Shown: positions 49,267 to 59,237 of the stretch, piece by piece | Numbering within the stretch: the first letter of the stretch is position 1 | Layout of the letters: each line of letters opens with the position of its first letter | From: Patescibacteria group bacterium | Lineage (GTDB): Bacteria; Patescibacteriota; Minisyncoccia; Phycocordibacterales; Phycocordibacteraceae | Direction of reading: 5' to 3' | DNA: 64,000 nucleotides | NCBI GenBank assembly: GCA_013815345.1 | Contig: JACDGK010000001.1 | Location: forward strand, 3,076 to 67,075 | The notes under the pieces: generated by a model | The model's input: the letters and a program-made list of their open reading frames with translations, nothing else | Told to the model about the DNA's origin: nothing | Databases searched by the model: none | Made by a program: the position numbers and the translations under genes

Positions 49267-50796
49267 TCAGAGCTCGGCTCTTGTCGTTTTAGACGGTGCA
49301 CTACGTAAAGGAATTTCTTTTAAAAAGAAGGCGATGACGAAGGCGATGAGCATAACCGGTACAGCATAAAAAAATATATCATCAAAGGCGAGCGTAAACG
49401 CTTGCAACACCGGGGCCGCAATAGCAGGAGGGAGCATTCGAAGTTGTCCTATATTCTTCCCAAGCGTCGTCGCTCCGTTCCCTACCGTTGGTAAAAGAGA
49501 GGTGAGGTGGGTAGCGAATCGAGAAATAAGCAGGGCACCAAAAATCGATGTGCCGAATGAGCTTCCCATGGTACGGAAGAATGTTACGGTGGAGGTGGCA
49601 GTGCCAAGATCGCGATGGTCAGTAGCATTCTGTACCGCAAGTGTCATTACTTGCAGGAAAAAACCAATGCCGATACCCGTAATCAGCATCCAAAGTGAGA
49701 GCCACCATTGGGAGGTATCCACGGATAGTCTACTCAAAAGAAGAAGTCCGATAGCGCTTATCATCGTCCCGATAATAGGAAAGATGCGGTAACGGCCGGT
49801 TGCTGAGATGATGCGGCCGGAAGCGATGGACGCCCCAAGAAGCCCGACGACGAGCGGCAACATAAGAAGCCCAGACTTTGTCGCTGAATAGCCACGCACC
49901 ACTTGCTGATATTCTGGAAGATAAATGATTGCCGTGAACATTGCTACGCCTGAAATAAATGAGAGGAGTGAGGAAACCGTAAATATGCTGCTTTTAAATA
50001 GTCGGAATGGGATGAGCGGTTCCTTTGCCTTGGTCTGCCACCATATAAATGTATAACCAAATGTGGCACCCAACCAAAAGAGCCACAATATAGGAAGTGA
50101 ACTCCACGCGTAGGTCGTACCTCCCCAGACAGATGCAAGAAGAAATGATATGACACTTACCGAGAGCAAAAAGGCCCCAAGGTAATCAATAGAGTGTTCC
50201 CGTTTATGAACAGGCACATGCAAGCGGGTTGCGATGGCAAATAGTGCTAAAAGTCCGAGCGGAATATTTATATAAAAAATCCATCGCCACGAAAACTGAT
50301 CGGTAAAGAATCCCCCGAGAAGCGGGCCAGCAATACTTGCAACGCCAAATACTGCACCAATTAATCCTTGATACTTTCCTCGTTCGCGGGGGGGTACCAC
50401 GTCGCCGATAGTTGCAAGCACGAGTGTTATAAGTCCACCAGCACCAATACCCTGGATAAAGCGGAAAAGTATGAGCTCACCAATATTTTGTGAAAGACCC
50501 GCGAGTATTGATCCAATAAGGAAAATGATGACCGCAATGATTAACATGCGTTTGCGACCAAAAATATCACTTAGCTTTCCGTAGAGAGGTGTAGTGACAG
50601 CACTCGCGATGAGGTAGGCGGTGACGACCCACGAAAGTTCGTTCAATGCGTTGAAATCGCTGGCTATTTTGGGGAGAGCGGTAGCCACAATGGTTTGGTC
50701 GAGTGCAGCCAAAAGTATGGTGAGCATGAGCGCTCCCATAATGAGTATGATGCTCCCCTGCCCTTTTTGCGGGGCTTTTTTGTCTTGTGTGTCCAT
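49267..50796 (-). CDS. DHA2 (EmrB/QacA) MFS efflux transporter
   Basis: LDQTIVATALP, WVVTAY, GKLSDIFGRK, WRWIFYINIP. Confidence 0.95.
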   Translation of the reverse strand: MDTQDKKAPQKGQGSIILIMGALMLTILLAALDQTIVATALPKIASDFNALNELSWVVTAYLIASAVTTPLYGKLSDIFGRKRMLIIAVIIFLIGSILAGLSQNIGELILFRFIQGIGAGGLITLVLATIGDVVPPRERGKYQGLIGAVFGVASIAGPLLGGFFTDQFSWRWIFYINIPLGLLALFAIATRLHVPVHKREHSIDYLGAFLLSVSVISFLLASVWGGTTYAWSSLPILWLFWLGATFGYTFIWWQTKAKEPLIPFRLFKSSIFTVSSLLSFISGVAMFTAIIYLPEYQQVVRGYSATKSGLLMLPLVVGLLGASIASGRIISATGRYRIFPIIGTMISAIGLLLLSRLSVDTSQWWLSLWMLITGIGIGFFLQVMTLAVQNATDHRDLGTATSTVTFFRTMGSSFGTSIFGALLISRFATHLTSLLPTVGNGATTLGKNIGQLRMLPPAIAAPVLQAFTLAFDDIFFYAVPVMLIAFVIAFFLKEIPLRSAPSKTTRAEL

Positions 50797-50869
50797 ATAT
50801 AACTTTGTAGTTATAGTACAACTGGCGATTTAAAGCTAGCTTGAAGATTATTAAGTATTTCGGTAACTC

Positions 50870-52117
50870 TCACGCGTTCTCACCTGCGACAAAGCCCGTG
50901 GTCCAGCAGAGCTGGAGAGAGAAGCCGCCCGAAGGGCGGCTAATATGGAGGAGATCTCCCACAATGAAAAGATTTTCAATTTTGTGCGAGCGCATCGTAC
51001 GCATGTCGATTTCCGTGAGTAGCACGCCGCCGTCGGCGACCACGGCCTTCTCGAATCCCATAAGTCCGGTGATTGTCAGCGATACACCTTTGAGTAGCTC
51101 GACGAGCGTTCGCCGCTGATCTCTGGTCACACTATGCACTTTGGCATCTCCGCTTATATCAGGAATCATTTCAAGAAGCACCGTACTCATGCCAGCTGGT
51201 GCGAAGGTCTTGAACACATTCTTTAATACTTTATTTTTGTTTTGTTCAAAAAGTTCGGTGAGTTGCTGATCCAAATTTCCGATATCGATGTGCGGAAAAA
51301 AATCTAAGTGAGCAGTCACCTCACCCTCTTGAAACAGCGGAGAAACTTTTCCTGAAGAATTCAGTATCGTTGGTCCTGAGATGCCCGTATGGGTAAAAAG
51401 AATCGGACCTGTTTTTGAGAACGCACGTACGTTATCGACGAGAAAAGTAATCTTCATTTCCGGAATCGTTACGCCAGCTACATCTTTCAGCCATTTTTCT
51501 TTTACTTTGAGTGGCACGATAGTGGGTGTGGGCGGGTCGCAACGGTGACCGAGTTCTTGTAACCATTTGAAGCCGTCGCCCGTTGAGCCAGTTTCGGGTC
51601 GCGAAAGTCCACCCGTTGCTAAAATGTACGAGTCAGCGCTGTGGGTCATTCCGCCGCTTTCTACATACTCGATGTGGTCTCCTTTGCGTTTGATTCGGTC
51701 GACTGCTGACCGCAATTTTATATGCACGCCTCCCCTTGCGAGATAGGCTCGAAGAATATTCACCACATCTACTGCCCTTTGGCTTGCCGGAAACGCTCGC
51801 TTTCTTGCTTCTACTTTGAGCGGCAAGTCGAGAGATTCAAATAATGCATAGGTCTTTCGCATCCCAAATTTTGAGAACGCTGAATAAAGAAATTGGTTTG
51901 CTCTGCCGAAGTTCGCGAGTAGCTTCTTCTCGTCTTCCTCAGCATTCAAAATATTGCATCGTGTACCTCCTGAGATCGCCAATTTTTCGCCGAGTTTGGC
52001 ATTTTTCTCCAAAAGCAGCACTTTCTTTCCCCGCGCTGCTGCGGTACCCGCGGCCATCATGCCGGCGGCTCCGCCGCCGATAACAATTACGTCATATTTT
52101 TGAATCCCGGATTTCAT
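50870..52117 (-). CDS. HI0933/BaiN family NAD(P)/FAD-dependent oxidoreductase
   Basis: GGGAAG, KLAISGGTRCN, ATGG.S.P.TGSTGDG, LFTHTGISGP, GGFSLQ. Confidence 0.93.
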   Translation of the reverse strand: MKSGIQKYDVIVIGGGAAGMMAAGTAAARGKKVLLLEKNAKLGEKLAISGGTRCNILNAEEDEKKLLANFGRANQFLYSAFSKFGMRKTYALFESLDLPLKVEARKRAFPASQRAVDVVNILRAYLARGGVHIKLRSAVDRIKRKGDHIEYVESGGMTHSADSYILATGGLSRPETGSTGDGFKWLQELGHRCDPPTPTIVPLKVKEKWLKDVAGVTIPEMKITFLVDNVRAFSKTGPILFTHTGISGPTILNSSGKVSPLFQEGEVTAHLDFFPHIDIGNLDQQLTELFEQNKNKVLKNVFKTFAPAGMSTVLLEMIPDISGDAKVHSVTRDQRRTLVELLKGVSLTITGLMGFEKAVVADGGVLLTEIDMRTMRSHKIENLFIVGDLLHISRPSGGFSLQLCWTTGFVAGENA

Positions 52118-52209
52118 GCACCGTAAGTGTACCTCACGGCATACGTCTGATAAGTAAAGACTCTTAATAAAGGTTTCATACTAAGGGAGAAGTGATAGAA
52201 TAAGACCAT

Positions 52210-54153
52210 ATGGCACATCTCAATAAAAAAACACTAGCTACAAAAATGACAAGCGTGCTTGGCATCATCCTTTTTATTATTCCTCTTTTTGGCAGTTTTT
52301 CTCCCCTCCCTGCACACGCAACCGCACCAGTGGTGTCGATAGGCGGCTCAAACGACGTCCAGTATTCGACGGTTCTTGATTATTCAGCAAATACTATTCT
52401 TCTCAAACAAGGCGGATATGTCGCTACCTCGACCTACACCTGTGTGATCGCTACGCAAGGCTGCGTGCTCGTTCCTTCATCCACGACAACCCTCGCTCCC
52501 AGCGCACTCGCGAGTACTTCTAATTTCGTAAGTCCGGACTACAGCGAAGCATTAGTTACCACCTACGTTGCAAACTCCAACCCCACGGAGCAGCTTTATG
52601 GTATTCAAAATAATGTTCTCGCTCCTCAAGCTACCCTTCCCGCTCTGAAGGGTCTTATCACAAACGTACACTGGTCGGGCGACAATACCGTTCTCATCAT
52701 AAAAGAAAGTGACGGCTCAACACAAAAATATAATCGCACCACTAATACCCTCACAACTTTAAAGACGTCGCTCCCCAGCGGGGCTGCCTGGATAACGCTT
52801 TCTGCTGATGGTCGATACATCGCCTACTACATTCCGGCAGTTATTTCGACCGGCAAGCGCACGTTTGGCGTGATAGATACGAATCTAGATATCGGTTATA
52901 CGCTCGAGTCTACTATTTCTTACTGGGATTTGCTTTCTGAAGGAGTTCGTATCTTTGCCTTCTCTCCGGATAGCACCAGGCTTCTCTATCTCGATGATCG
53001 GAGCGGATACCAAACCTTGTACGCAGTGAATATGAAAGATCTTGCGACTACAGGCCTCACCGGCACACAGGTAACTGCAAAGAAATATACGATCGAAGAT
53101 ATGCAGTGGGAAGATAACTCCTCGATTGTCTTCAGTGCAAACCGAGATAACCCTATGCAATGGTCGCTGTATGAGCTCAACCTCGGCACCTACACCCTAA
53201 AGAAAATTGTTGACTCTCCCGCCTACAATCAACCGATGCATGCTTTAGGTTCAAACATTCTGTTCCAGACAGCTGACGCTAATGGCCGTCTCACCAAAGT
53301 CTTTAACACGCTCACAAAGACTGTTTCAGCCTTCCAGACTCTGGGTCTTGATCAATCGAAAGTAGGCACGACGAATCAAGTCGTGCAGCAGGGTGGTGTC
53401 TATGGCGCCTACCTTCCGACTACCGTTGCTACTTCTACCCTTCTGGTGTGGCTTCATGGAGGTCCTGATCGCCAGACCAGCCTCGACTACAACTCTTACA
53501 TGAGCTATGGCGGCTATGACTGGGTGCTGAACAAAGTACAAGCATCAGGTGTTCCGGTATTAAAACTCGATTACCCAGGAAGCATAAATCACGGCACTGC
53601 CTTTGCGCAGTCGATTAAAAACGGCGTGGGCACGGTTGACGCAAGCACCACTATGCAAGCGATAAAAGATTTCTCCGCAGCCCACGGTTTCAAGAACGTC
53701 TATGTGATGGGTAACAGCTATGGTGGCTATCTAGCACTCAAACTCCTTGTTTCTTATCCATCCCAAATCAAAGGTGCCTATTCCCTCTCTGGTGTTACCG
53801 ACTGGCAAACACTACTCACCAATATTCCTTCATCTATCTTTAGTCTCGACTTCAATGGCTCACCAAATCCACTGAATCAAGCGTTGTACAACAAAGCGTC
53901 GATCGTTGCGAATATTCCTAACATCGGTACTCAAAAAGTCATCGTCACTCAGGGAGACGCCGACAGTGAAGTTCCATACGCACAGTCACAACTCATTGAT
54001 GAAGCCCTTGTCGCCGCAGGAAAAAATGTCGAGTACAGCACACTTGCCGGCGAAGACCATATCTACAAACTCCCTTCTTCCTACACACTCGTGTGTAACC
54101 AAGCTCTTGAGCTTGTCGGTCTTCCAAGCAATTCACTCTGCACGATGCATTAG
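52210..54153 (+). CDS. Secreted S9-family serine peptidase (propeller + alpha/beta hydrolase)
   Basis: Signal peptide, SPD repeats, HGGP, GNSYGG, D.EV, GEDH. Confidence 0.9.
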   Translation: MAHLNKKTLATKMTSVLGIILFIIPLFGSFSPLPAHATAPVVSIGGSNDVQYSTVLDYSANTILLKQGGYVATSTYTCVIATQGCVLVPSSTTTLAPSALASTSNFVSPDYSEALVTTYVANSNPTEQLYGIQNNVLAPQATLPALKGLITNVHWSGDNTVLIIKESDGSTQKYNRTTNTLTTLKTSLPSGAAWITLSADGRYIAYYIPAVISTGKRTFGVIDTNLDIGYTLESTISYWDLLSEGVRIFAFSPDSTRLLYLDDRSGYQTLYAVNMKDLATTGLTGTQVTAKKYTIEDMQWEDNSSIVFSANRDNPMQWSLYELNLGTYTLKKIVDSPAYNQPMHALGSNILFQTADANGRLTKVFNTLTKTVSAFQTLGLDQSKVGTTNQVVQQGGVYGAYLPTTVATSTLLVWLHGGPDRQTSLDYNSYMSYGGYDWVLNKVQASGVPVLKLDYPGSINHGTAFAQSIKNGVGTVDASTTMQAIKDFSAAHGFKNVYVMGNSYGGYLALKLLVSYPSQIKGAYSLSGVTDWQTLLTNIPSSIFSLDFNGSPNPLNQALYNKASIVANIPNIGTQKVIVTQGDADSEVPYAQSQLIDEALVAAGKNVEYSTLAGEDHIYKLPSSYTLVCNQALELVGLPSNSLCTMH

Positions 54154-54163
54154 TCAAGATATC

Positions 54164-54206
54164 AGAAAAATCGTACCTGTCTGAAAGAGCCAGGTACGAT
54201 TTCTCT
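54164..54206 (+). terminator. Hairpin after the S9 peptidase
   Basis: AAATCGTACCTG...CAGGTACGATTT. Confidence 0.6.
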
Positions 54207-54317
54207 ATATAAATTGAAGAGTTGGACTCTTCAGAAACAAAGTGTAATCTTCAGACAGAGCGGCACTTGGCCGCTAGTTCTATTCGTTTCTGAATCTCAC
54301 TCAAGGGAGAAAGTCCT

Positions 54318-55460
54318 ATGATCGATACATTCAAGAAAGCGGCGCCAGAAGTGCTCACCGGAATTCGCGAAGAAATGGCTGTCCGGCGTACGACCGAAGT
54401 TTTTCTGCTGTTCGTTAATGGCAGCCAGTTCGACCATCTCATCTTCCAGACCACAAGCAAGCTCGGCGTCTACTGTCTTGTGGCCGATCCTGCGTCGGTT
54501 ACGTCAGAGGATGTGCGAGCTCTGAGTCCGAAGGGCATCATTCTGTCAGGAGGCCCGGCGTCAGTCGTTTCCGAACCACCGCGTTTCGACAACGCGATCT
54601 TTGATCTCGACATTCCGGTACTCGGAATCTGCCTCGGCTTTCAAATGTGGGCAAAGTATGCCGGCATCCAAGTGGTGGAAGGGACGAGTAAGGAGTTTGG
54701 CATGAATGACTTGCGCGTCTTAAACCCCAGCGGCTTGCTCGAAGACTTCGAGCAAAACACAACGACTCCCGTTCTTCAAAGTCACGGTGATCAAGTACTG
54801 CTGGATGAACGACTCACCCTTCTCGGCTCCACCACCTTCCATGGTGATGCAGTCGCGGTGTCTGCGGCTTCACTCGGACATCTTCACGGTGTCCAGTTCC
54901 ATCCCGAAGTCACCGAGACTTTGAAGGGTTCGAAAATTTTCGAGAACTTCTGCTTTGGTATCTGCGGCGCAAGGGATCGATTTTCGGCCCATAATATTGC
55001 CGAACAAAAAATTGCGACTCTTCAGAAAAAAATCGACGACAAGAAAGTACTACTCGCTCTCTCAGGTGGTGCTGACTCGTCGACGGTTGCCTATCTTCTG
55101 AAGCATGCCACCATCGGACGAGGCAACAGATACAACGGGGTGATTCCATTCACTCGGCATATGAGCATGGAGGCTTGCTGCGGCAAGAATCCTGTCTACC
55201 ACGTAGGCAAGCTTTACACCGCCATCTGCTCTCTCATTTCCGATGAGATTCATCGTCTTGTAGGACTTGAGACATACGTGTATCTGACCTCTCAGATGGG
55301 CAGAAGTCTGTCGGACCCATGGTCTGCATGCGTGGAGGTATGCGGCGGAGATACAACATCTGCGCAACGTCAGATGATTGAAGCAATCCTCGAGCGCAAC
55401 TTGGCAAATGCCAACGAAACTACCCAGAAAATCGTGAAAGGAGAATTGAACCTATTCTGA
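54318..55460 (+). pseudogene. Chimeric ORF: GMP synthase N-terminal part fused to archaeal-type SAM synthetase C-terminal part
   Basis: GSQF, ILSGGP.SV, GICLG.Q, SHGD, QFHPEV, LALSGGADSS, then GRGNRYNG..MSMEA..GKNPVYHVGKLY. Confidence 0.7.
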
Positions 55461-55474
55461 AGGGATCGATCCTC

Positions 55475-55509
55475 AGTACCCATGTCGTAACGACATGGGT
55501 ACTTTTTTT
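55475..55509 (+). terminator. Intrinsic terminator
   Basis: AGTACCCATGTCG-TAA-CGACATGGGTACT followed by a T-run. Confidence 0.85.
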
Positions 55510-55511
55510 AT

Positions 55512-56207
55512 TTACAGATTGAAAGATTCTTCAGGATTAAGTTCCCTTTTTGTTCCATCTGCAAGATAAATAACACACGACTTTGTGCCAGCGCATAAAG
55601 CGCTGCCATTTTCTATAACTAGACCACTTTCTTCTGGTAAGCAAACAATCGGCAAGTTATTATCAATTGCCCAAGTTCTAAATCTGTCATTCTGTTCATC
55701 CTTAAAGTGACAGGCTACCGAAAAATTATTTAGAAGATTAAATCCCGATACGTCTTCCAGACCTATTTTATTTTCATCATCATGAGTATTAATTTTCTTA
55801 CCCATTATGATTGCACCGGCACTGCCTCCGTAAACTTGACCACCAGCTTCAATGTATTGAATTAAAATATCAGCAAATCCAGAATTTTTAAGCTCCTGCA
55901 TAAGGCTCCATGTATTGCCGCCTCCGATATAAATCCCATTAAATTCTTTAAGGGTTTCGAGAGTATATTTTGATGGGTCGTCTACCGTTTCGAACTGAGT
56001 ATCCGCTCTTTCATGAAGTTCGGTAATGCTGTTCATCCACAAATGCGCGGTAGGATATAGCTTGTGTCCGCGGAGAGCTATGGGTATGTATAAAAAGCGT
56101 CCATTTTTTGGTAATGTACTAAAAAAAAATTTGTCGAGGGGGAATGATTGCTTCTCATTACCACCCCCCGACAAATATATTCGGTTGTTCTCCTTTATGT
56201 TTTGCAT
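55512..56207 (-). CDS. Peptidase E / S51 family protein
   Basis: LSGGG, YIPIA, IYIGGGNT, GGSAGA, H, LPEE. Confidence 0.88.
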   Translation of the reverse strand: MQNIKENNRIYLSGGGNEKQSFPLDKFFFSTLPKNGRFLYIPIALRGHKLYPTAHLWMNSITELHERADTQFETVDDPSKYTLETLKEFNGIYIGGGNTWSLMQELKNSGFADILIQYIEAGGQVYGGSAGAIIMGKKINTHDDENKIGLEDVSGFNLLNNFSVACHFKDEQNDRFRTWAIDNNLPIVCLPEESGLVIENGSALCAGTKSCVIYLADGTKRELNPEESFNL

Positions 56208-57382
56208 GTTTGTATCGCTTTGCGCAGCTCGTAAATGTTAGCGTTACAAATATACACCAAGCGGTCGAAATAGGCTTGACTCGTCTCACTACTTCGAGGT
56301 GGCGGAAGCCCTAACGTCTCACAGACCCTCAGATTAACGAACCTTTCGATCTCCAAGAGGGCAAGCTGGACGGCGGCCTCGCGGTTAATCGACGGCTTGA
56401 TGAATTGCGCCCAATAATCGAAATAATACGCAAGGATGCTATATACATCCGAACCGTAGTACTTCTCACTGAGCACTTTCGCAAACCGCCTGAACTGGAG
56501 ACCTGAACCCTTGTTTGCAACTTGGACGCCGCATAGCACCAAGAGCGCAATCGTCCGACATGAGTCGAACATTTCTCGCGTCCCATTAGCAGTCCATGGC
56601 ATAAGCACATCGAAGTAGGAATCGGTTTTGTTTATGGCCCATGCCATTCTTTCAAGACCGAAGCCGATATCGCTGATTGGAATCGCCGGACGGTTCGCTT
56701 GGGGAATAAGAAGATAAGCGGCATCTCCAAGCTCAAGCCCCCCGTAGGAAAAAAAGAGCTCAAGTGCCGAAAATTTCCCGGTTCCCCAATCATTAACGGA
56801 TGTTCTCATGACGACAATGAAGTCGTTCATATGAAGACCGAGCTTTGAAAGAATTGTGCACCAGTGGTCTACTGACCGCAGATGCTCTGCAAACTCTGCC
56901 CCCATCTTTTCCGTGCAAACGTTCACGAAGGAGGTTGATGTCCCTTCTTGCGACTCGACATGCGGTTGAAACTGCATACGAACACATGGCTGCGCCACAA
57001 ACACTTTGTCATTTCTGATTTTTTGATTGCGATGAATGACATCATCAAACATCTGCACACCAGCAATGACCAGGTCAGTCTGACCCTCGAAATTCGCAAT
57101 GTTGCGCGGAGGTGCCAGATCAAAGCCTACCGAACGAAAGTATTCGCTCATCCGTGTGCTGATTTGTACAGGGGTCAGCATCTTCTTCCGCTTGGTATAT
57201 GTGCGGAAAGGATAACCTCCTTTGTCGCACTTATGCCAGCCGCAGACCGAGACATCCATTTTGGTAGATGGCTTAGAGAAAAAAGTTCTGTCACAGGAGC
57301 TACACGAGCGCCCCTGCCATCCTCTTTCGGCCATGAATTCATTCACGGCCTTAGAGGTATCCACAATTGTTGTTTCAGACAT
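56195..57382 (-). CDS. Truncated alanyl-tRNA synthetase-like protein (N-terminal Zn knuckle + class II catalytic core only)
   Basis: CSSC..FF...C...C, VIAGVQ, QPCVR, TSF, GLELGD, DIGFGLER; no editing or C-Ala domains. Confidence 0.75.
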   Translation of the reverse strand: MSETTIVDTSKAVNEFMAERGWQGRSCSSCDRTFFSKPSTKMDVSVCGWHKCDKGGYPFRTYTKRKKMLTPVQISTRMSEYFRSVGFDLAPPRNIANFEGQTDLVIAGVQMFDDVIHRNQKIRNDKVFVAQPCVRMQFQPHVESQEGTSTSFVNVCTEKMGAEFAEHLRSVDHWCTILSKLGLHMNDFIVVMRTSVNDWGTGKFSALELFFSYGGLELGDAAYLLIPQANRPAIPISDIGFGLERMAWAINKTDSYFDVLMPWTANGTREMFDSCRTIALLVLCGVQVANKGSGLQFRRFAKVLSEKYYGSDVYSILAYYFDYWAQFIKPSINREAAVQLALLEIERFVNLRVCETLGLPPPRSSETSQAYFDRLVYICNANIYELRKAIQTCKT

Positions 57383-57560
57383 GGGTGTATCTCCAGTTAA
57401 GGTTTCAATGTTCTAAATCTGTACTCTGCCTACAAACTAACGATAATTCTCTTTTTTGTCAATATAGACCTTGACTAAATCAATAATTGATATTAATATT
57501 CCGACCTGTCATCTAAACGTAGTTCATTGAAACCAACAACCCTTTTTAGGAGACAAAGTT

Positions 57561-58850
57561 ATGCTCGATATCCGATTCATTCTCGACAACGTCGAACTGG
57601 TCAGACAAAACACGCAGGACCGGAACGCCAACGCTGATGTTGACAAGACAGTTGCTCTATACGGGCAATTGAAGCAGAAAAGACAGAGTCTCGAAGAGGC
57701 TCAATACCGATCCAACCAGATCTCTGGACAATTCAAGGGTGCCGACGAAGTGACCCGCGAACAACTTAAGACAGAGGTTGCAGGTCTCAAACAGATCATG
57801 GCAACACTTAAGGAAGAGATCGCGGTCATCGAAAAGGAGTACACCGAGGAAGTGCTCAAGATTCCCAATCTTGTCGCTCCCGATGTTCCTTCCGGCAAAG
57901 ATGAGCATGGCAACGTGCCCATCAAGCATGTCGGTGAGCCCACCAAGTTTGGCTTCAAGCCACTCGATCATGTCGAGCTCGGCAAAAAGTTGGACATCCT
58001 GGACTTTGAGGCGGCGGCGAAAGTCACTGGCTCGAAGTTCTACTTCTTGAAGAACGAAGCTGTTCTTCTCGAACTCGGTCTCATCCGCTTCGCACTGGAC
58101 CTGGCGATCAAGCACGGCTTTACGCCGGTGACAACGCCAGAACTTGCTCGTGACGAGATCATCACAGCTTCTGGATTCTCTCCGCGAGGACCCGAAAGCC
58201 AGATCTACTCCCTTACAGAAGGAGACCTGAGCCTTATCGGTACCGCCGAGATCACCATCGGTGGTTATCTGGCCAAGACCGTGATTCCAGAAGAGGATCT
58301 TCCGATCAAGATCTCCGGCGTCAGTCATTGCTTCAGAACTGAAGCTGGTAGCGGCGGTCGTGAGAGCAAGGGACTTTATCGGGTACATCAGTTCAGCAAG
58401 GTCGAACTCTACCAATTCGTTCATCCCGACAAGAGCGCAGCCGCTCACGAAGAGATGCTCGCAATCGAGGAAGAGTTTTATCAAGCCCTGAAACTTCCCT
58501 ACCGCGTTTTGCTCATGTGCAAGGGCGATCTGGGAACCCCCGCGTACCGGAAGTACGACATCGAGGCGTGGATGCCTTTTGTCGGCGAAGGTGGCGGATA
58601 TGGTGAAGTGACGTCCGCGTCAAACTGCACCGATTTCCAAGCACGACGCTTGAACACCAAGTTCAAGAACAGTGCTTCTGGTAAGACTGACTTCGTCCAC
58701 ACCCTCAACGGCACAGCTGTTGCTGTTACTCGAACGATGCTCGCCATCCTCGAGAACAACCAGCAGGCCGACGGTACGGTACTCATTCCCGAAGTGTTGC
58801 ATCCCTACGTTGGGGTGCAGAGCATCAAACCAAAAAACAAGAAATTCTAA
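57561..58850 (+). CDS. serS: Serine--tRNA ligase
   Basis: MLDI, coiled arm, GTAE, CFRTEAG, GLYRVHQF.KVE, SNCTDFQARR, HTLNGT. Confidence 0.97.
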   Translation: MLDIRFILDNVELVRQNTQDRNANADVDKTVALYGQLKQKRQSLEEAQYRSNQISGQFKGADEVTREQLKTEVAGLKQIMATLKEEIAVIEKEYTEEVLKIPNLVAPDVPSGKDEHGNVPIKHVGEPTKFGFKPLDHVELGKKLDILDFEAAAKVTGSKFYFLKNEAVLLELGLIRFALDLAIKHGFTPVTTPELARDEIITASGFSPRGPESQIYSLTEGDLSLIGTAEITIGGYLAKTVIPEEDLPIKISGVSHCFRTEAGSGGRESKGLYRVHQFSKVELYQFVHPDKSAAAHEEMLAIEEEFYQALKLPYRVLLMCKGDLGTPAYRKYDIEAWMPFVGEGGGYGEVTSASNCTDFQARRLNTKFKNSASGKTDFVHTLNGTAVAVTRTMLAILENNQQADGTVLIPEVLHPYVGVQSIKPKNKKF

Positions 58851-58855
58851 ACCCT

Positions 58856-58891
58856 ATTCCCTTAGCAACTGAGTTGCTAAGGGAATTTTTT
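58856..58891 (+). terminator. Intrinsic terminator after serS
   Basis: ATTCCCTTAGCAACT-G-AGTTGCTAAGGGAAT followed by a T-run. Confidence 0.85.
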
Positions 58892-58932
58892 ATTCACAAG
58901 ACTAAAGTGGTAAATTTATACTCCAACTTAAC

Positions 58933-58946
58933 CTAGGACTCGAACC
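58933..58946 (-). repeat. 14-bp copy of the tRNA-Gln T-arm (possible att remnant)
   Basis: CTAGGACTCGAACC is identical to 61834-61847. Confidence 0.5.
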
Positions 58947-59237
58947 AAATAAATGGCTTCAGATATTGATTTTCTGATTTTGTGCAAAATAGGAAAAGTT
59001 CGAGCCCATGACTCGTTCAAAAACTATGTTGAGAAATATGACCGATTTAGCCGTCTAGGTAGGTCTCACATGACTGCTGCCGCAAAAGGATTCGAACTGT
59101 CTCGGTCGCCCTTGACTGCTATGGCTTAGAATATAGGTTTTTTGGTAAAAATGTCCAAAATCGCTTCGCGAGTAAAAATCAAAGGGTCAAAGTATCCAAG
59201 GGCCAAAGAATCAAAATAATACAAAAATACAAAAGTT

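Noticed and set aside
50798-50815. TATAAC-N6-GTTATA inverted repeat before the MFS gene as an operator
   Set aside because: Only 6-bp AT-rich arms and no adjacent regulator; may be chance.
57657-58484. 275-aa antisense ORF, and similar long antisense ORFs over groEL, typA and pyrG
   Set aside because: These are codon-bias shadows of conserved genes with no recognisable motifs.
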